NCBI GenBank assembly: GCA_963677745.1
Contig: OY782391.1
Span: forward strand, 448,001-512,000
Direction: 5' to 3'
DNA: 64,000 bases
From: Candidatus Altimarinota bacterium
GTDB lineage: Bacteria > Patescibacteriota > Gracilibacteria > UBA1369
Positions 30,559-40,022 of the stretch are shown one piece after another (the first letter of the stretch is position 1; the number at the start of each line of letters is the position of its first letter). A program made the translations under genes and the position numbers. Below the pieces are notes generated by a model. The model had not been told where the DNA came from, did not search any database, and saw only the letters and a list, made by a program, of their open reading frames with translations.

Positions 30559-31110
30559 ATGTCAAGAATTGGAAAAAATCCGATAGCGGTTCCCGCCGGA
30601 GTCACAGTGACCATCAACGGGAATACCATATCAGTCAAAGGCCCGAAAGGAGAATTGACCCAGAATTTTCATCCCAACATGAAAGTTACTCTGGCCGACA
30701 ATCAAATTACCGTTGCCCGTCCCAATGAGATGAAACTGAACCGCTCACTGCACGGACTGACACGCACCCTGCTCGCCAATATGGTGGAAGGGGTAACCAA
30801 AGGTTACGAAAAACAGCTGGAAATCCTCGGCGTCGGTTACAGAGCCAGCGTCAGCGGAGCCAAACTTAACCTCAGCCTGGGTCTGTCTCATCCGATCGAC
30901 TTTGAAATCCCCAAAGGCATTACCATCGAACAGGACAAAGAGAAAAAGAACATTCTGATCATCAAGGGATTTGACAAACAATTGCTGGGCGAAGTTGCAG
31001 CCAAAATCAGATCTTTCAAGAAACCAGAACCATACAAAGGTAAAGGTATCCGCTATGTCGGTGAATATGTGGCTCAGAAAGCCGGTAAAGCTGCTGGTAA
31101 AGATAAATAA
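30559..31110 (+). CDS. rplF: 50S ribosomal protein L6
   Basis: MSRIGKNPI, KGPKGEL, PEPYKGKGIRY. Confidence 0.99.
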   Translation: MSRIGKNPIAVPAGVTVTINGNTISVKGPKGELTQNFHPNMKVTLADNQITVARPNEMKLNRSLHGLTRTLLANMVEGVTKGYEKQLEILGVGYRASVSGAKLNLSLGLSHPIDFEIPKGITIEQDKEKKNILIIKGFDKQLLGEVAAKIRSFKKPEPYKGKGIRYVGEYVAQKAGKAAGKDK

Positions 31111-31141
31111 GCCAATATCCGCACTAAAATAATCTAATTCC

Positions 31142-31480
31142 ATGAAAAACACTAAACTCATCCAGAGAGAAAGACGAAAAATCAGGGTAAAGGGAAATAT
31201 CAAGTCCGATAAACCCCGACTGATCGCCTTCAAAAGTCTGAACTTCAACTATCTGCAACTGTTTGATGATAAAAAGGGAGTAACCTTGGCCGGTGTATCG
31301 GACATCAAAGCTAAAAAAGGCCCCAAAGTCGACAGCGCCAGACAGGTCGGCCTGGAAATAGCCAAAAAAGCCAAAGAACTCAAAATTGACGAAGTAGTAT
31401 TCGACAGAAACGGCTACAAATATCATGGACGCATCAAGGCCATGGCCGACGGGGCCCGGGAAGGCGGCCTCAAGTTTTAA
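31142..31480 (+). CDS. rplR: 50S ribosomal protein L18
   Basis: VVFDRNGYKYHGRIKAMADGAREGGLKF. Confidence 0.98.
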   Translation: MKNTKLIQRERRKIRVKGNIKSDKPRLIAFKSLNFNYLQLFDDKKGVTLAGVSDIKAKKGPKVDSARQVGLEIAKKAKELKIDEVVFDRNGYKYHGRIKAMADGAREGGLKF

Positions 31481-31506
31481 TTTTAAAATAATTAATTTTC
31501 ACAGTA

Positions 31507-32199
31507 ATGATGAAAAAAGGCAGAGCACCAATCAGGGAAGTCAAAGAATTTGAAGAGGAAGTTATACAGATCGACCGTGTTACCCGCGTGGTAAAAGGTG
31601 GCCGCAGACTTCGTTTCAGAGCAACTTTGGTTATCGGAAACAAAAAAGGCAAAGTAGGAGTGGGAATCGGAAAATCCACTGAAGTTACCGGTGCCATTTC
31701 CAAAGCCATTGCCCAGGCCAAAAAAAATATGATCACCGTACCGATGGCCGGTCAAACCATCCCGCACCGCGTACAGGTTAAGTTCAAAAGCGCCAAAGTT
31801 CTGTTGATGCCTGCCATTCCCGGTACCGGTATCAAAGCCGGCGGCAGCGTACGCAAAGTAATTGAACTGGCCGGTATCAAAGATATTATGGGAAAATGTT
31901 TCGGAGCTCCCAACCGTCTGAACAACAGTCAGGCTGCCATCGAAGCCCTCAAAAAGCTGCGGGCAATCCCCTGGCTTAAGACCAAAGCTCCTGCCGCCGG
32001 CACAGAAGAACCAGCCGCAGCTGCAGCAGTTAAAAGACAGGATGACCGGAGAAACCAGGGAGGACCAAGAGGTCCCCGCCGTCCCCCTTTTAGAAAACCG
32101 GCTGGAGCCCCCTCGGGAAAATCCGAACATCAGCAGGCCCCGGAAGCCCCCCAGACTCCCAAAGCTCCCCCAGCTCAGGCCGGAGAAAAAACTGAATAA
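31507..32199 (+). CDS. rpsE: 30S ribosomal protein S5 with long disordered C-terminal extension
   Basis: IDRVTRVVKGGRR, PGTGIKAGG. Confidence 0.98.
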   Translation: MMKKGRAPIREVKEFEEEVIQIDRVTRVVKGGRRLRFRATLVIGNKKGKVGVGIGKSTEVTGAISKAIAQAKKNMITVPMAGQTIPHRVQVKFKSAKVLLMPAIPGTGIKAGGSVRKVIELAGIKDIMGKCFGAPNRLNNSQAAIEALKKLRAIPWLKTKAPAAGTEEPAAAAAVKRQDDRRNQGGPRGPRRPPFRKPAGAPSGKSEHQQAPEAPQTPKAPPAQAGEKTE

Positions 32200-32227
32200 T
32201 CTAACTCACTTATAATACTATAAAGTT

Positions 32228-32707
32228 ATGGACGCACTTTTAAACCTCAAGAGAAACAAAGGAGCCACCACTACCAGTAAAAGACTGGGCCGTGGAAACG
32301 GTTCCGGCCTGGGTACCTATTCGGGACGCGGCGGCAAAGGTCAAACCGCCCGCACCGGTGGAAGCATCAAACCGGGTTTTGCCGGAGGTCAGACTCCGCT
32401 TTACCGCAAAATGCCTAAATACAAGGGGTTCACCAACGTCAACCGCCAGGAATTCCAGGTGGTCAACGTAGTCGACCTCAACCTGTTTGATGACGGATCC
32501 GAGATCAACGCCCAGAGTCTTTATGAACAAAAACTGGTCAATTCGCCTTCCGCCCCCATCAAAATTCTGGGAGACGGCGATCTGCAGAAAAAACTCACCG
32601 TCACGGTAGACAGAGTATCCGTCACCGCCAAAGAAAAAATTGAAAAGGCCAAGGGAACCGTTACGGAGTTAATGACCAAGGCCCCGGTCAAAAAAGAGAC
32701 GGCCTGA
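32228..32707 (+). CDS. rplO: 50S ribosomal protein L15
   Basis: RLGRGNGSGLG, GRGGKGQTAR, GGQTPLYR. Confidence 0.98.
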   Translation: MDALLNLKRNKGATTTSKRLGRGNGSGLGTYSGRGGKGQTARTGGSIKPGFAGGQTPLYRKMPKYKGFTNVNRQEFQVVNVVDLNLFDDGSEINAQSLYEQKLVNSPSAPIKILGDGDLQKKLTVTVDRVSVTAKEKIEKAKGTVTELMTKAPVKKETA

Positions 32708-32759
32708 CCGCAGGCAATTTTATCAACTATATTAACCGCCAAATTTATCACTTCCCAAA

Positions 32760-34058
32760 ATGTTCAAACAAATACAACAAATTTGGAACTCCCGAGACCT
32801 TAGAAACAAAATACTTTATACACTGGGAATCGTAATAATTGTCCGTCTCCTGGCACAGATCTCCATTCCCGGAGCCGATGTTAACGTAATCAGAGGAATT
32901 TTCCAGCAAAACCAGCTGCTGGGAGCTTTTAGTCTGCTGACCGGAGGTAATGCGGAAAATTTCTCCATTATTTTGATGGGATTATCTCCTTATATTAATG
33001 CTTCCATTATCGTCCAGTTATTGGCGGTAATTATTCCCAGCTGGGAGAATCTTTCCAAAGAAGGTGAACAGGGACGCCGGAAACTGAACCAATATACCCG
33101 CTGGCTTTCCATCCCGATTGCCTTCATCCAATCATACGGAATGATCGCCGTTCTCAATTCCCAGGCAAAATCTTCCATTATCCCCAATATTTACTCTCCC
33201 AACGTGATCATCCCGATCATGATTACCCTGACCACCGGTACGGTCTTGATGATGTGGCTGGGCGAACTGATTACTGAAAAAGGCATCAGCAACGGCATTT
33301 CCATCCTGATCTTTGCCGGTATCATGTCCAGCATTCCCGCCGCCATCGCCCAAAACCTGACCCTGGCACAGCAGAGCAGCGAGTTCCTGTTTCCTTTTGT
33401 AATTGAATTACTGGTAACACTGATCCTGACAATTATAGTTATAATTATCGGCGAAGCGGAAAGAAGAGTCCCCATACTCTATGCCTCCCGCAGCGTCCGG
33501 GGCGGTGGTGAAAAATCCAATCTGCCCATGAAGATCAACCAGGCCGGCATGATTCCGATCATCTTCTCGCTCTCCATGGTCAGTATGCCAGGGATTATCG
33601 CCCAGTTCATGAAAAACTCTCCCAACGAGACACTGAAAGCGATAGCCGACGTAATTTCCACCAACTTCAGCGCCAATTCAGCCGTTTATTTGATTACTTA
33701 CTTTCTGTTAATCATAGCTTTTACCTATTTTTACGTCAGCATTACTTTCAATCCCGAACAGGTTGCGGAAAACGTACAGAAACGCGGGGGCTATATCCCC
33801 GGTATCCGTCCCGGTAAACAAACCGTCAAATACCTGGCCGACATTTCCTCCCGCCTCAATTTCTGGGGAGGCTTGTTCATCGCTATAATTGCCATTTCAC
33901 CGAATATCATCAAAGCTCTCACCGGCGCCTTCTCCATGGGTAGCGTAGCTACCATCATCAGTGGTGCAGGAATGATCATCATCGTCGGGGTAGTTCTGGA
34001 AATAATCCGCCAGATCAACGCTCAACTGGTCATGCACGATTACAACAAGCTCTATTAA
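32760..34058 (+). CDS. secY: Preprotein translocase SecY
   Basis: Ten-TM pattern; GLSPYINASII, MWLGELITEKGISNGISILIF, GYIPGIRPG. Confidence 0.99.
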   Translation: MFKQIQQIWNSRDLRNKILYTLGIVIIVRLLAQISIPGADVNVIRGIFQQNQLLGAFSLLTGGNAENFSIILMGLSPYINASIIVQLLAVIIPSWENLSKEGEQGRRKLNQYTRWLSIPIAFIQSYGMIAVLNSQAKSSIIPNIYSPNVIIPIMITLTTGTVLMMWLGELITEKGISNGISILIFAGIMSSIPAAIAQNLTLAQQSSEFLFPFVIELLVTLILTIIVIIIGEAERRVPILYASRSVRGGGEKSNLPMKINQAGMIPIIFSLSMVSMPGIIAQFMKNSPNETLKAIADVISTNFSANSAVYLITYFLLIIAFTYFYVSITFNPEQVAENVQKRGGYIPGIRPGKQTVKYLADISSRLNFWGGLFIAIIAISPNIIKALTGAFSMGSVATIISGAGMIIIVGVVLEIIRQINAQLVMHDYNKLY

Positions 34059-34080
34059 ACAAATATAAAAACTTCAGCCA

Positions 34081-34644
34081 ATGAACTTAGTTATTTTTGG
34101 CATTCAAGGGTCCGGAAAAGGCACCCAGGCTAAAATCATGACCGATCGCTATCACTTGGCCAACTTTGAGACAGGAGCAGAGCTCCGCCGGCTGGCCAAA
34201 GAAGACAGCCCGCTTGGCAAAAAAATCAAAAAATTCACGGAAAGCGGAAAACTGGTACCGGCGGAAGTAATAATGCAGATACTGGACAATTTTCTGAGCC
34301 ATGCTCCTCACCGCCAACGCATAATTTTCGACGGCATACCTCGCAACCAGAAACAGCAAAAGGCTTTCGACCGGATTATGAGAAAATGGAAAAGAAAATT
34401 TCTGGCCATCAACATTACCATCCCCGAAGAGGAAACGGTAAAAAGATTATTGCTGCGGGCCAGGCATGACGATACGCCGGAGGTGATACGCACCCGCATC
34501 AAAATATTTCAGAAAAACACTTCTCCCGTCATCGAAAAATACAGAAAAAACAGAGAAGTCATCGATATCAACGGTAATCAGTCCATCAAAAAAGTGGCGG
34601 CGGAAATTGCCAAAAAACTCGACAAAGATTTTTTACCCCGTTAA
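34081..34644 (+). CDS. adk: Adenylate kinase, short-LID type
   Basis: GIQGSGKGTQA, GKLVP, FDGIPRN, RARHDD. Confidence 0.93.
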   Translation: MNLVIFGIQGSGKGTQAKIMTDRYHLANFETGAELRRLAKEDSPLGKKIKKFTESGKLVPAEVIMQILDNFLSHAPHRQRIIFDGIPRNQKQQKAFDRIMRKWKRKFLAINITIPEEETVKRLLLRARHDDTPEVIRTRIKIFQKNTSPVIEKYRKNREVIDINGNQSIKKVAAEIAKKLDKDFLPR

Positions 34645-34676
34645 ACATTAAAATCTGGAAAGAGGGAAACTATAAA

Positions 34677-35426
34677 ATTCCCCTTAAAAATTCGGAAGAA
34701 CTGGCTCTGATGAAAAAATCAGGACAAATTTTGGGGTTGGTTCTGTCGCAAATCGAAACATATATACGGCCCGGACTGACTACTTTGGAAATCGATCAAT
34801 TGGCCGAAAAAATTATCAGACAGGAAGGAGGTGTTCCGGCTTTTTTGGGATACCAGGGATTTCCCGCTTCCACCTGCATCAGTATTAACGAAGAAGTTGT
34901 ACATGGCATTCCAGGCAGCAGAAAGATCCAAGCAGGCGATCTGGTCACCGTAGACTGCGGTGTGAATTATCATGGAATGATCACCGACTCCGCCATTACG
35001 GCGGGAACAGGCACCGTTACCGCGGAAGCCGAAAAACTCTGCCGGACCGCCGAAAAAGCCCTGCAAAGAGCAATTGAAATCGCCAGACCCGGCATCAGAA
35101 CCACCGAGATTAGCAAAACCATCGAAAAAATCGTCCGCAAAGAAGGTTTTGGTATCGTGGAAGATCTGTCCGGACATGGAGTCGGTTTCAAACTGCATGA
35201 AGATCCCTATATTTTCAATTTCTACAACGGACAGCCCGGCCCGATTATGCAACCGGGCATGACACTGGCCATCGAACCGATCATCACACTTGGAGCAAGC
35301 AACACCAAAACTCTCCAGGACGGCTGGACAATTGTCACTAAAGATGGTTCATTGTCAGTGCAGGTAGAACACACCATTGCGATAACCGAAAAAGGTGCTG
35401 AAATACTAACTAAACGCCCCAAATAA
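34677..35426 (+). CDS. map: Methionine aminopeptidase type I (start uncertain: ATT 34677 or ATG 34710)
   Basis: CISINEEVVHGIP, DCG..ITDSA, GHGVG..LHEDP, AIEP, EHT; the conserved N-terminus IPLKNSEELALM lies upstream of the first ATG. Confidence 0.95.
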   Translation: MPLKNSEELALMKKSGQILGLVLSQIETYIRPGLTTLEIDQLAEKIIRQEGGVPAFLGYQGFPASTCISINEEVVHGIPGSRKIQAGDLVTVDCGVNYHGMITDSAITAGTGTVTAEAEKLCRTAEKALQRAIEIARPGIRTTEISKTIEKIVRKEGFGIVEDLSGHGVGFKLHEDPYIFNFYNGQPGPIMQPGMTLAIEPIITLGASNTKTLQDGWTIVTKDGSLSVQVEHTIAITEKGAEILTKRPK

Positions 35427-35443
35427 AAAACAAAAAAAATAAC

Positions 35444-35472
35444 TTGCAATCTAAAATTTCGTCATGTAGAAT
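35444..35472 (+). promoter_or_regulatory. Internal promoter upstream of infA
   Basis: TTGCAA(35444)-17 nt-TAGAAT(35467). Confidence 0.6.
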
Positions 35473-35534
35473 CCTAACGCTTTTTAGGTTGGAAAATCAG
35501 GATTTTACCCTTAAAATAACAGTAAATTCGCCTT

Positions 35535-35819
35535 ATGGCAAAAGAAGAAATTGAAGCCTCTGGAATAGTGGTGGAAGCCTATCCGAACGCCACCTTTAAA
35601 GTCAAACTCCTCGACGAAAGCTTCTCTGGACACGAGATTTTGGCCCACGTATCAGGAAGAATGCGCATCAATTTTATCAGAATTTTGCCGGGCGACAAAG
35701 TGACGATTGTGATGACACCCTATGACCTGACTAAAGGCCGTATTACCTTCAGACACAAGGAATATGGCAAAGGGAAGCCAATGCCGGAAGAACCGGAAGC
35801 TCCCGCAGCAGCCAAATAA
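35535..35819 (+). CDS. infA: Translation initiation factor IF-1 with C-terminal extension
   Basis: [34 protein letters not shown]. Confidence 0.98.
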   Translation: MAKEEIEASGIVVEAYPNATFKVKLLDESFSGHEILAHVSGRMRINFIRILPGDKVTIVMTPYDLTKGRITFRHKEYGKGKPMPEEPEAPAAAK

Positions 35820-35846
35820 TATTTTTCAATAATCAAACCAACAGTC

Positions 35847-35960
35847 ATGAAAGTAAGATCATCCGTCAAACCAATTTGTTCCAAATGCAAGGTAATCAAA
35901 CGAAAAAACGTCGTCAGGGTTATTTGCGTTACCAAAAAGCATAAACAAAGACAGGGTTAA
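35847..35960 (+). CDS. rpmJ: 50S ribosomal protein L36 (not in ORF track)
   Basis: Hand translation [37 protein letters not shown]. Confidence 0.98.
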   Translation: MKVRSSVKPICSKCKVIKRKNVVRVICVTKKHKQRQG

Positions 35961-35988
35961 TTTATATTCTTAATAATCCCAAGTAATT

Positions 35989-36363
35989 ATGGCCAGAATC
36001 GCTGGAGTCAATCTTCCTAAAGAAAAAAGAATCGCTATCGGCCTGACCGCCATCTATGGCATCGGCAGAGCCCTGGCGCGCAAAATACTGCAAGACCTCA
36101 AACTGGACGAAGATACCAAAGTCCAGGATCTGACGCCTGAACAGGAAAACAAACTGCGTGACCGGATCGCCGAATGTATCACCGAGGGTGATTTACGCCG
36201 TAAAATCCAGCTGGACATCAAATACCAGCAGGACATCGGTACTTATCGCGGACTTCGCCATAAAAAGGGTTTACCGGTACGCGGCCAGCTGACCAAAACC
36301 AATTCCAGAACCAGAAAGGGCAAGAGAAAGACCGTTGCCAACAAGAAGATTGCCACCAAATAA
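35989..36363 (+). CDS. rpsM: 30S ribosomal protein S13
   Basis: MARIAGV, IYGIG, YRGLRH..GLPVRGQ. Confidence 0.99.
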   Translation: MARIAGVNLPKEKRIAIGLTAIYGIGRALARKILQDLKLDEDTKVQDLTPEQENKLRDRIAECITEGDLRRKIQLDIKYQQDIGTYRGLRHKKGLPVRGQLTKTNSRTRKGKRKTVANKKIATK

Positions 36364-36393
36364 TCATTATTCATCCTAATCATTAATTCTACC

Positions 36394-36933
36394 ATGGCCG
36401 AACAAGAAAAAAAACCAGCCGTAAAAGCCAAGAAAGCCCCTGAGAAGGAAGTTAAAAAAACTGAGGCTGCCGGCGAAAAAACCGCCCCGGTTGCCGCCAC
36501 CCCCGCCACCGCTTCCGCCGCATCAGCCGCAGCCACTCCCGCCGAAGGCGAAGTAAAGAAGATTAAGAAAAGCAAATCCAAAAGGACTGTGACGGAAGGA
36601 AAAGCCTTCGTTCAATCAAGTTTTAACAACACCATTGTCACCATCACCGACCTTAACGGAAAAGTGATAGCCTGGAGTAGCGCCGGTTCCAACGGATTCA
36701 AGGGAGCCAAAAAAGCCACTCCGTACGCGGCCCAGATTTCGGCTGAAGCAGCCATTAATAAGGCTCTTCTTTACGGAATAGAAAAGCTGCACGTTTTCGT
36801 CAAGGGAGTCGGTGCAGGAAGAGAACAAGCTGTTAGAGGCCTTCACTCCAACGGCGTGGACATCGAATCAATCACCGATGTCACTCCTGTTCCGCACAAT
36901 GGTTGTCGTTCCAGAAAATCCCGCCGAGTTTAA
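36394..36933 (+). CDS. rpsK: 30S ribosomal protein S11 with long Lys/Ala-rich N-terminal extension
   Basis: SFNNTIVTITD, GFKGAKKATPYAAQ, DVTPVPHNGCR. Confidence 0.98.
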   Translation: MAEQEKKPAVKAKKAPEKEVKKTEAAGEKTAPVAATPATASAASAAATPAEGEVKKIKKSKSKRTVTEGKAFVQSSFNNTIVTITDLNGKVIAWSSAGSNGFKGAKKATPYAAQISAEAAINKALLYGIEKLHVFVKGVGAGREQAVRGLHSNGVDIESITDVTPVPHNGCRSRKSRRV

Positions 36934-36957
36934 TATTTGTAATTTTTCCGAAAAATA

Positions 36958-37578
36958 ATGTCTAACACTACAGGTCCCAAATCACGTCTTTTTCGCCGCT
37001 TCGGCATAAGACTTCCCAGCAACAACGAACTGAAACAGACTCATCCCACCTTAAAAAAGGCTTATCCACCCGGCATGCACGGGCCCAAAGGAAGCTTCTC
37101 CAAAAAATCGGAATACGCCCGCCAGTTGATGGAAAAACAGAAAGCCAAGGTGATTTTCAACATCACTGAAAAGCAGATGCAGAAATATTATGATATGGCT
37201 TCCAGCCGCGAAGGCATCACTGGTGACGAATTGCTCCGCCTGCTGGAACAGAGACTGGACAACGTGATCTTCCGGTCCGGTTTGGCCACCACCCGCTATC
37301 AGGCCAGACAGATGGTTAATCATGGTTTGATCGAGCTTAACGGTAAGGTTGCTTCCATCCCATCCATCCAGGTTAAACCGGGGGACAAATTTAATCTGGT
37401 CAGCAAAAAGAAGGATTCCCCCGTCTTCAAGCAAAATTCAGAAAGAGGAACCAAAGGCCCAAAGTGGCTGAACGTTGATTTAAAAAATATGACCGGATCA
37501 GTGGACAGAACTCCCGACAAAGGAGAACTGGAACCTCTGGTTTCGGCCAGTATGATCGTTGAGTTCTACTCAAAATAA
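36958..37578 (+). CDS. rpsD: 30S ribosomal protein S4
   Basis: PPGMHG, LMEKQK, LEQRLDNV, ARQMVNHG, IVEFYSK. Confidence 0.98.
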   Translation: MSNTTGPKSRLFRRFGIRLPSNNELKQTHPTLKKAYPPGMHGPKGSFSKKSEYARQLMEKQKAKVIFNITEKQMQKYYDMASSREGITGDELLRLLEQRLDNVIFRSGLATTRYQARQMVNHGLIELNGKVASIPSIQVKPGDKFNLVSKKKDSPVFKQNSERGTKGPKWLNVDLKNMTGSVDRTPDKGELEPLVSASMIVEFYSK

Positions 37579-37601
37579 AATAATTCATTAATCCTCTTCT
37601 A

Positions 37602-38576
37602 ATGCATCAAATTCAAGAAGAAATTGGCATTCCCAAAATCAAGGTGGAAAAAATTAGCGATTCACACGCTATTTTCACCGTCAGCCCTTTGCCACAGGGC
37701 TACGGTATCACCATTGGAAATGCTTTCAGAAGAGTACTTTTATCTTCACTTCCGGGCGCTTGTATCACCGGTGTGAAAATTGACGGGGTAACCCACGAAT
37801 ATTCCACCATCAAAGGAGTCAAAGACGGCATTTTGGATATTACACTGAATCTGAAATCGATTCGCCTGAGAAAGAGCTCCCCCGAAGTCAGCGTACTAAC
37901 GCTTTCGGCCAACAAAGAAGGAGAGATTTATGCCAAAGACATCAAATGTTCATCCGATGTGGAAATTCTGACCCCTGACCAGTACATCACTACTCTGGAA
38001 AAAGGCGCCAAACTACACATGGAAATCAAAGCGGAAAAAGGTGTTGGCTATATCCCCGTCTCGGTTAAACAGAAAAACGATTACGATCCGGAAATCATCC
38101 TGATCGATTCGATTTTCACTCCGGTCAAAAAAGTCCGTTATGACGTTGAGGCTGTTCGTGTCGGCCAAATGACCAACCTGGACAAACTGATTCTGGAAAT
38201 CGAAACCGACGGATCCATCACTCCCGATGACGCCCTAAAATTCAGCTCCAATATCCTGCAATCCTACTTCAACCTGTTTAATAAGGAAAACATCATGGTT
38301 GAGGCGGAATACATGAGTGACTTCCAGAAGATTTCCCAGAAACAGGAGCTGGAAGAGAAAAACAAGCCGGTTCAGGAAGCCTATACTCCGATTGAAATTC
38401 TCGGTTTCTCACCCCGAACCCTCAACGCACTGATCAACGGGGGCATCGGCTCAATCGAACAACTTTCCAAATGCACCGAAAGCAAACTGACCAACTTGCG
38501 TGGTTTCGGCCGAAAAGCATTAACTGAGGTCAAAGACGCCCTCAAGAGCCGGGGTCTGAATCTGGCCGAAGAATAA
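37602..38576 (+). CDS. rpoA: RNA polymerase alpha subunit
   Basis: PLPQGYGITIGNAFRRVLLSSLPG, HEYSTI, DSIFTPVKKV; alpha-CTD RTLNAL...GFGRKA. Confidence 0.99.
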   Translation: MHQIQEEIGIPKIKVEKISDSHAIFTVSPLPQGYGITIGNAFRRVLLSSLPGACITGVKIDGVTHEYSTIKGVKDGILDITLNLKSIRLRKSSPEVSVLTLSANKEGEIYAKDIKCSSDVEILTPDQYITTLEKGAKLHMEIKAEKGVGYIPVSVKQKNDYDPEIILIDSIFTPVKKVRYDVEAVRVGQMTNLDKLILEIETDGSITPDDALKFSSNILQSYFNLFNKENIMVEAEYMSDFQKISQKQELEEKNKPVQEAYTPIEILGFSPRTLNALINGGIGSIEQLSKCTESKLTNLRGFGRKALTEVKDALKSRGLNLAEE

Positions 38577-38616
38577 AACATTGTAATCAATAAAGAACAA
38601 GTAACATCCTATTATC

Positions 38617-38970
38617 ATGAGACACCAGGTAAAAAAAACACGCCTTGCCCGTCCTATCGGTCCCCGGAAAGCGTTGATCGGCAATTTAGCCACTTCACTC
38701 GTTTTACACGGCAAAATCCAGACGACCAAAGCCAGAGCTAAAGCCATTCAGCCGATTATGGAGAAACTGATTTTGGCCGCCAAAAACAAGGACAAAAAAG
38801 CCGCCATCCGCGAGACCGGCGCCATCCTGCAAAATGAACTCAGTTCAAAAATTCTGTTTGAGGAACTGGTCAAAAAATATCAAACCCGCGCCACCGGATT
38901 CACCAAAATCACCGATATCGGTTTCCGCGCCGGTGATTCGGCTCCGTTGGTACAAATCGAATTATTATAA
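38617..38970 (+). CDS. rplQ: 50S ribosomal protein L17
   Basis: MRHQ, NLATSL, IQTTKARAK, RAGDSAP. Confidence 0.97.
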   Translation: MRHQVKKTRLARPIGPRKALIGNLATSLVLHGKIQTTKARAKAIQPIMEKLILAAKNKDKKAAIRETGAILQNELSSKILFEELVKKYQTRATGFTKITDIGFRAGDSAPLVQIELL

Positions 38971-38988
38971 TCACTCATTACTACCGCA

Positions 38989-39447
38989 ATGAAAACCGCA
39001 GAGAAAAAGAAAGCAATTTTTAAGACTTATTCTCCCAAAAAGACCGACATCAAGCCACAGTGGTTGTTGGTCGACATCAAGGGAAAAACACTCGGCCGCA
39101 TCACCAACAAGATCGCTGATCTTCTTAGAGGGAAAGGTAAAACGACTTTTTCCCAGCACCAGGACTGCGGTGATTTTGTGGTCGTTATCAATGCCGCCGA
39201 AGTCAAACTGACCGGCAAAAAAGACCTTCAGAAAGAATATAACTGGCATACCCGCTATCCCAACGGACTCAAAACCGTAACCGCAGAGGTACTCCGCCAG
39301 AGCAATCCCGCCAAAATCATCGAACATGCCGTAGCCGGAATGCTCCCGCACAACAAGAACAAGAAGCTGATGATGAAAAGACTGAAAGTGTTCGCCGGTG
39401 CCGAGCATGATCATACAGCTCAGAATCCCCAACCAATAAAACTATAA
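38989..39447 (+). CDS. rplM: 50S ribosomal protein L13
   Basis: [29 protein letters not shown]. Confidence 0.98.
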   Translation: MKTAEKKKAIFKTYSPKKTDIKPQWLLVDIKGKTLGRITNKIADLLRGKGKTTFSQHQDCGDFVVVINAAEVKLTGKKDLQKEYNWHTRYPNGLKTVTAEVLRQSNPAKIIEHAVAGMLPHNKNKKLMMKRLKVFAGAEHDHTAQNPQPIKL

Positions 39448-39469
39448 TTTCCATAAATCCCAAATTCAC

Positions 39470-39919
39470 ATGCCAGTAAAAGAAACAGCTCCCGCCGCCC
39501 CCAAAACAATTAAGAAAGCCTCATCCGTACAGCAGTATTATTATGGTACGGGAAAAAGGAAAACAGCCGTTGCCCGGGTCAGACTTTATAAAAACGGCAA
39601 GGGCGACCTGACCATCAACGGTGATGACGGGGCCAAACATTTCACTTTAAAAAAACTCTTTTCCGTCCTGAACGCTCCGCTCAGAATCACCTCCCTGACC
39701 AAAAAATTCGACATCAGTGTCAAAGTTGACGGCGGAGGAATGGTTTCACAGGCGGAAGCAATAAGACACGCTATTGCCCGCGCCCTGCTCGAATACGATG
39801 TGGCACTCAGACTGACCCTCAAAAAAGCCGGTTTTCTGACCCGCGATCCCAGGGTCAAAGAAAGAAAGAAACCGGGTCTCAAAAAAGCCCGCCGAGCTCC
39901 GCAGTTCAGCAAACGCTAA
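39470..39919 (+). CDS. rpsI: 30S ribosomal protein S9
   Basis: [32 protein letters not shown]. Confidence 0.99.
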   Translation: MPVKETAPAAPKTIKKASSVQQYYYGTGKRKTAVARVRLYKNGKGDLTINGDDGAKHFTLKKLFSVLNAPLRITSLTKKFDISVKVDGGGMVSQAEAIRHAIARALLEYDVALRLTLKKAGFLTRDPRVKERKKPGLKKARRAPQFSKR

Positions 39920-39940
39920 ATCTCACCATTTATTCATCAG

Positions 39941-39968
39941 AAAACACCCGCCCAGGCGGGTGTTTTTT
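39941..39968 (+). terminator. Intrinsic terminator ending the r-protein cluster
   Basis: AAAACACCCGC-CCAG-GCGGGTGTTTTTT. Confidence 0.9.
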
Positions 39969-40022
39969 ATTTCAACAAAAGCCTGTATTGCTGTATAACA
40001 TATATGAAAAACTTCCAACCAT

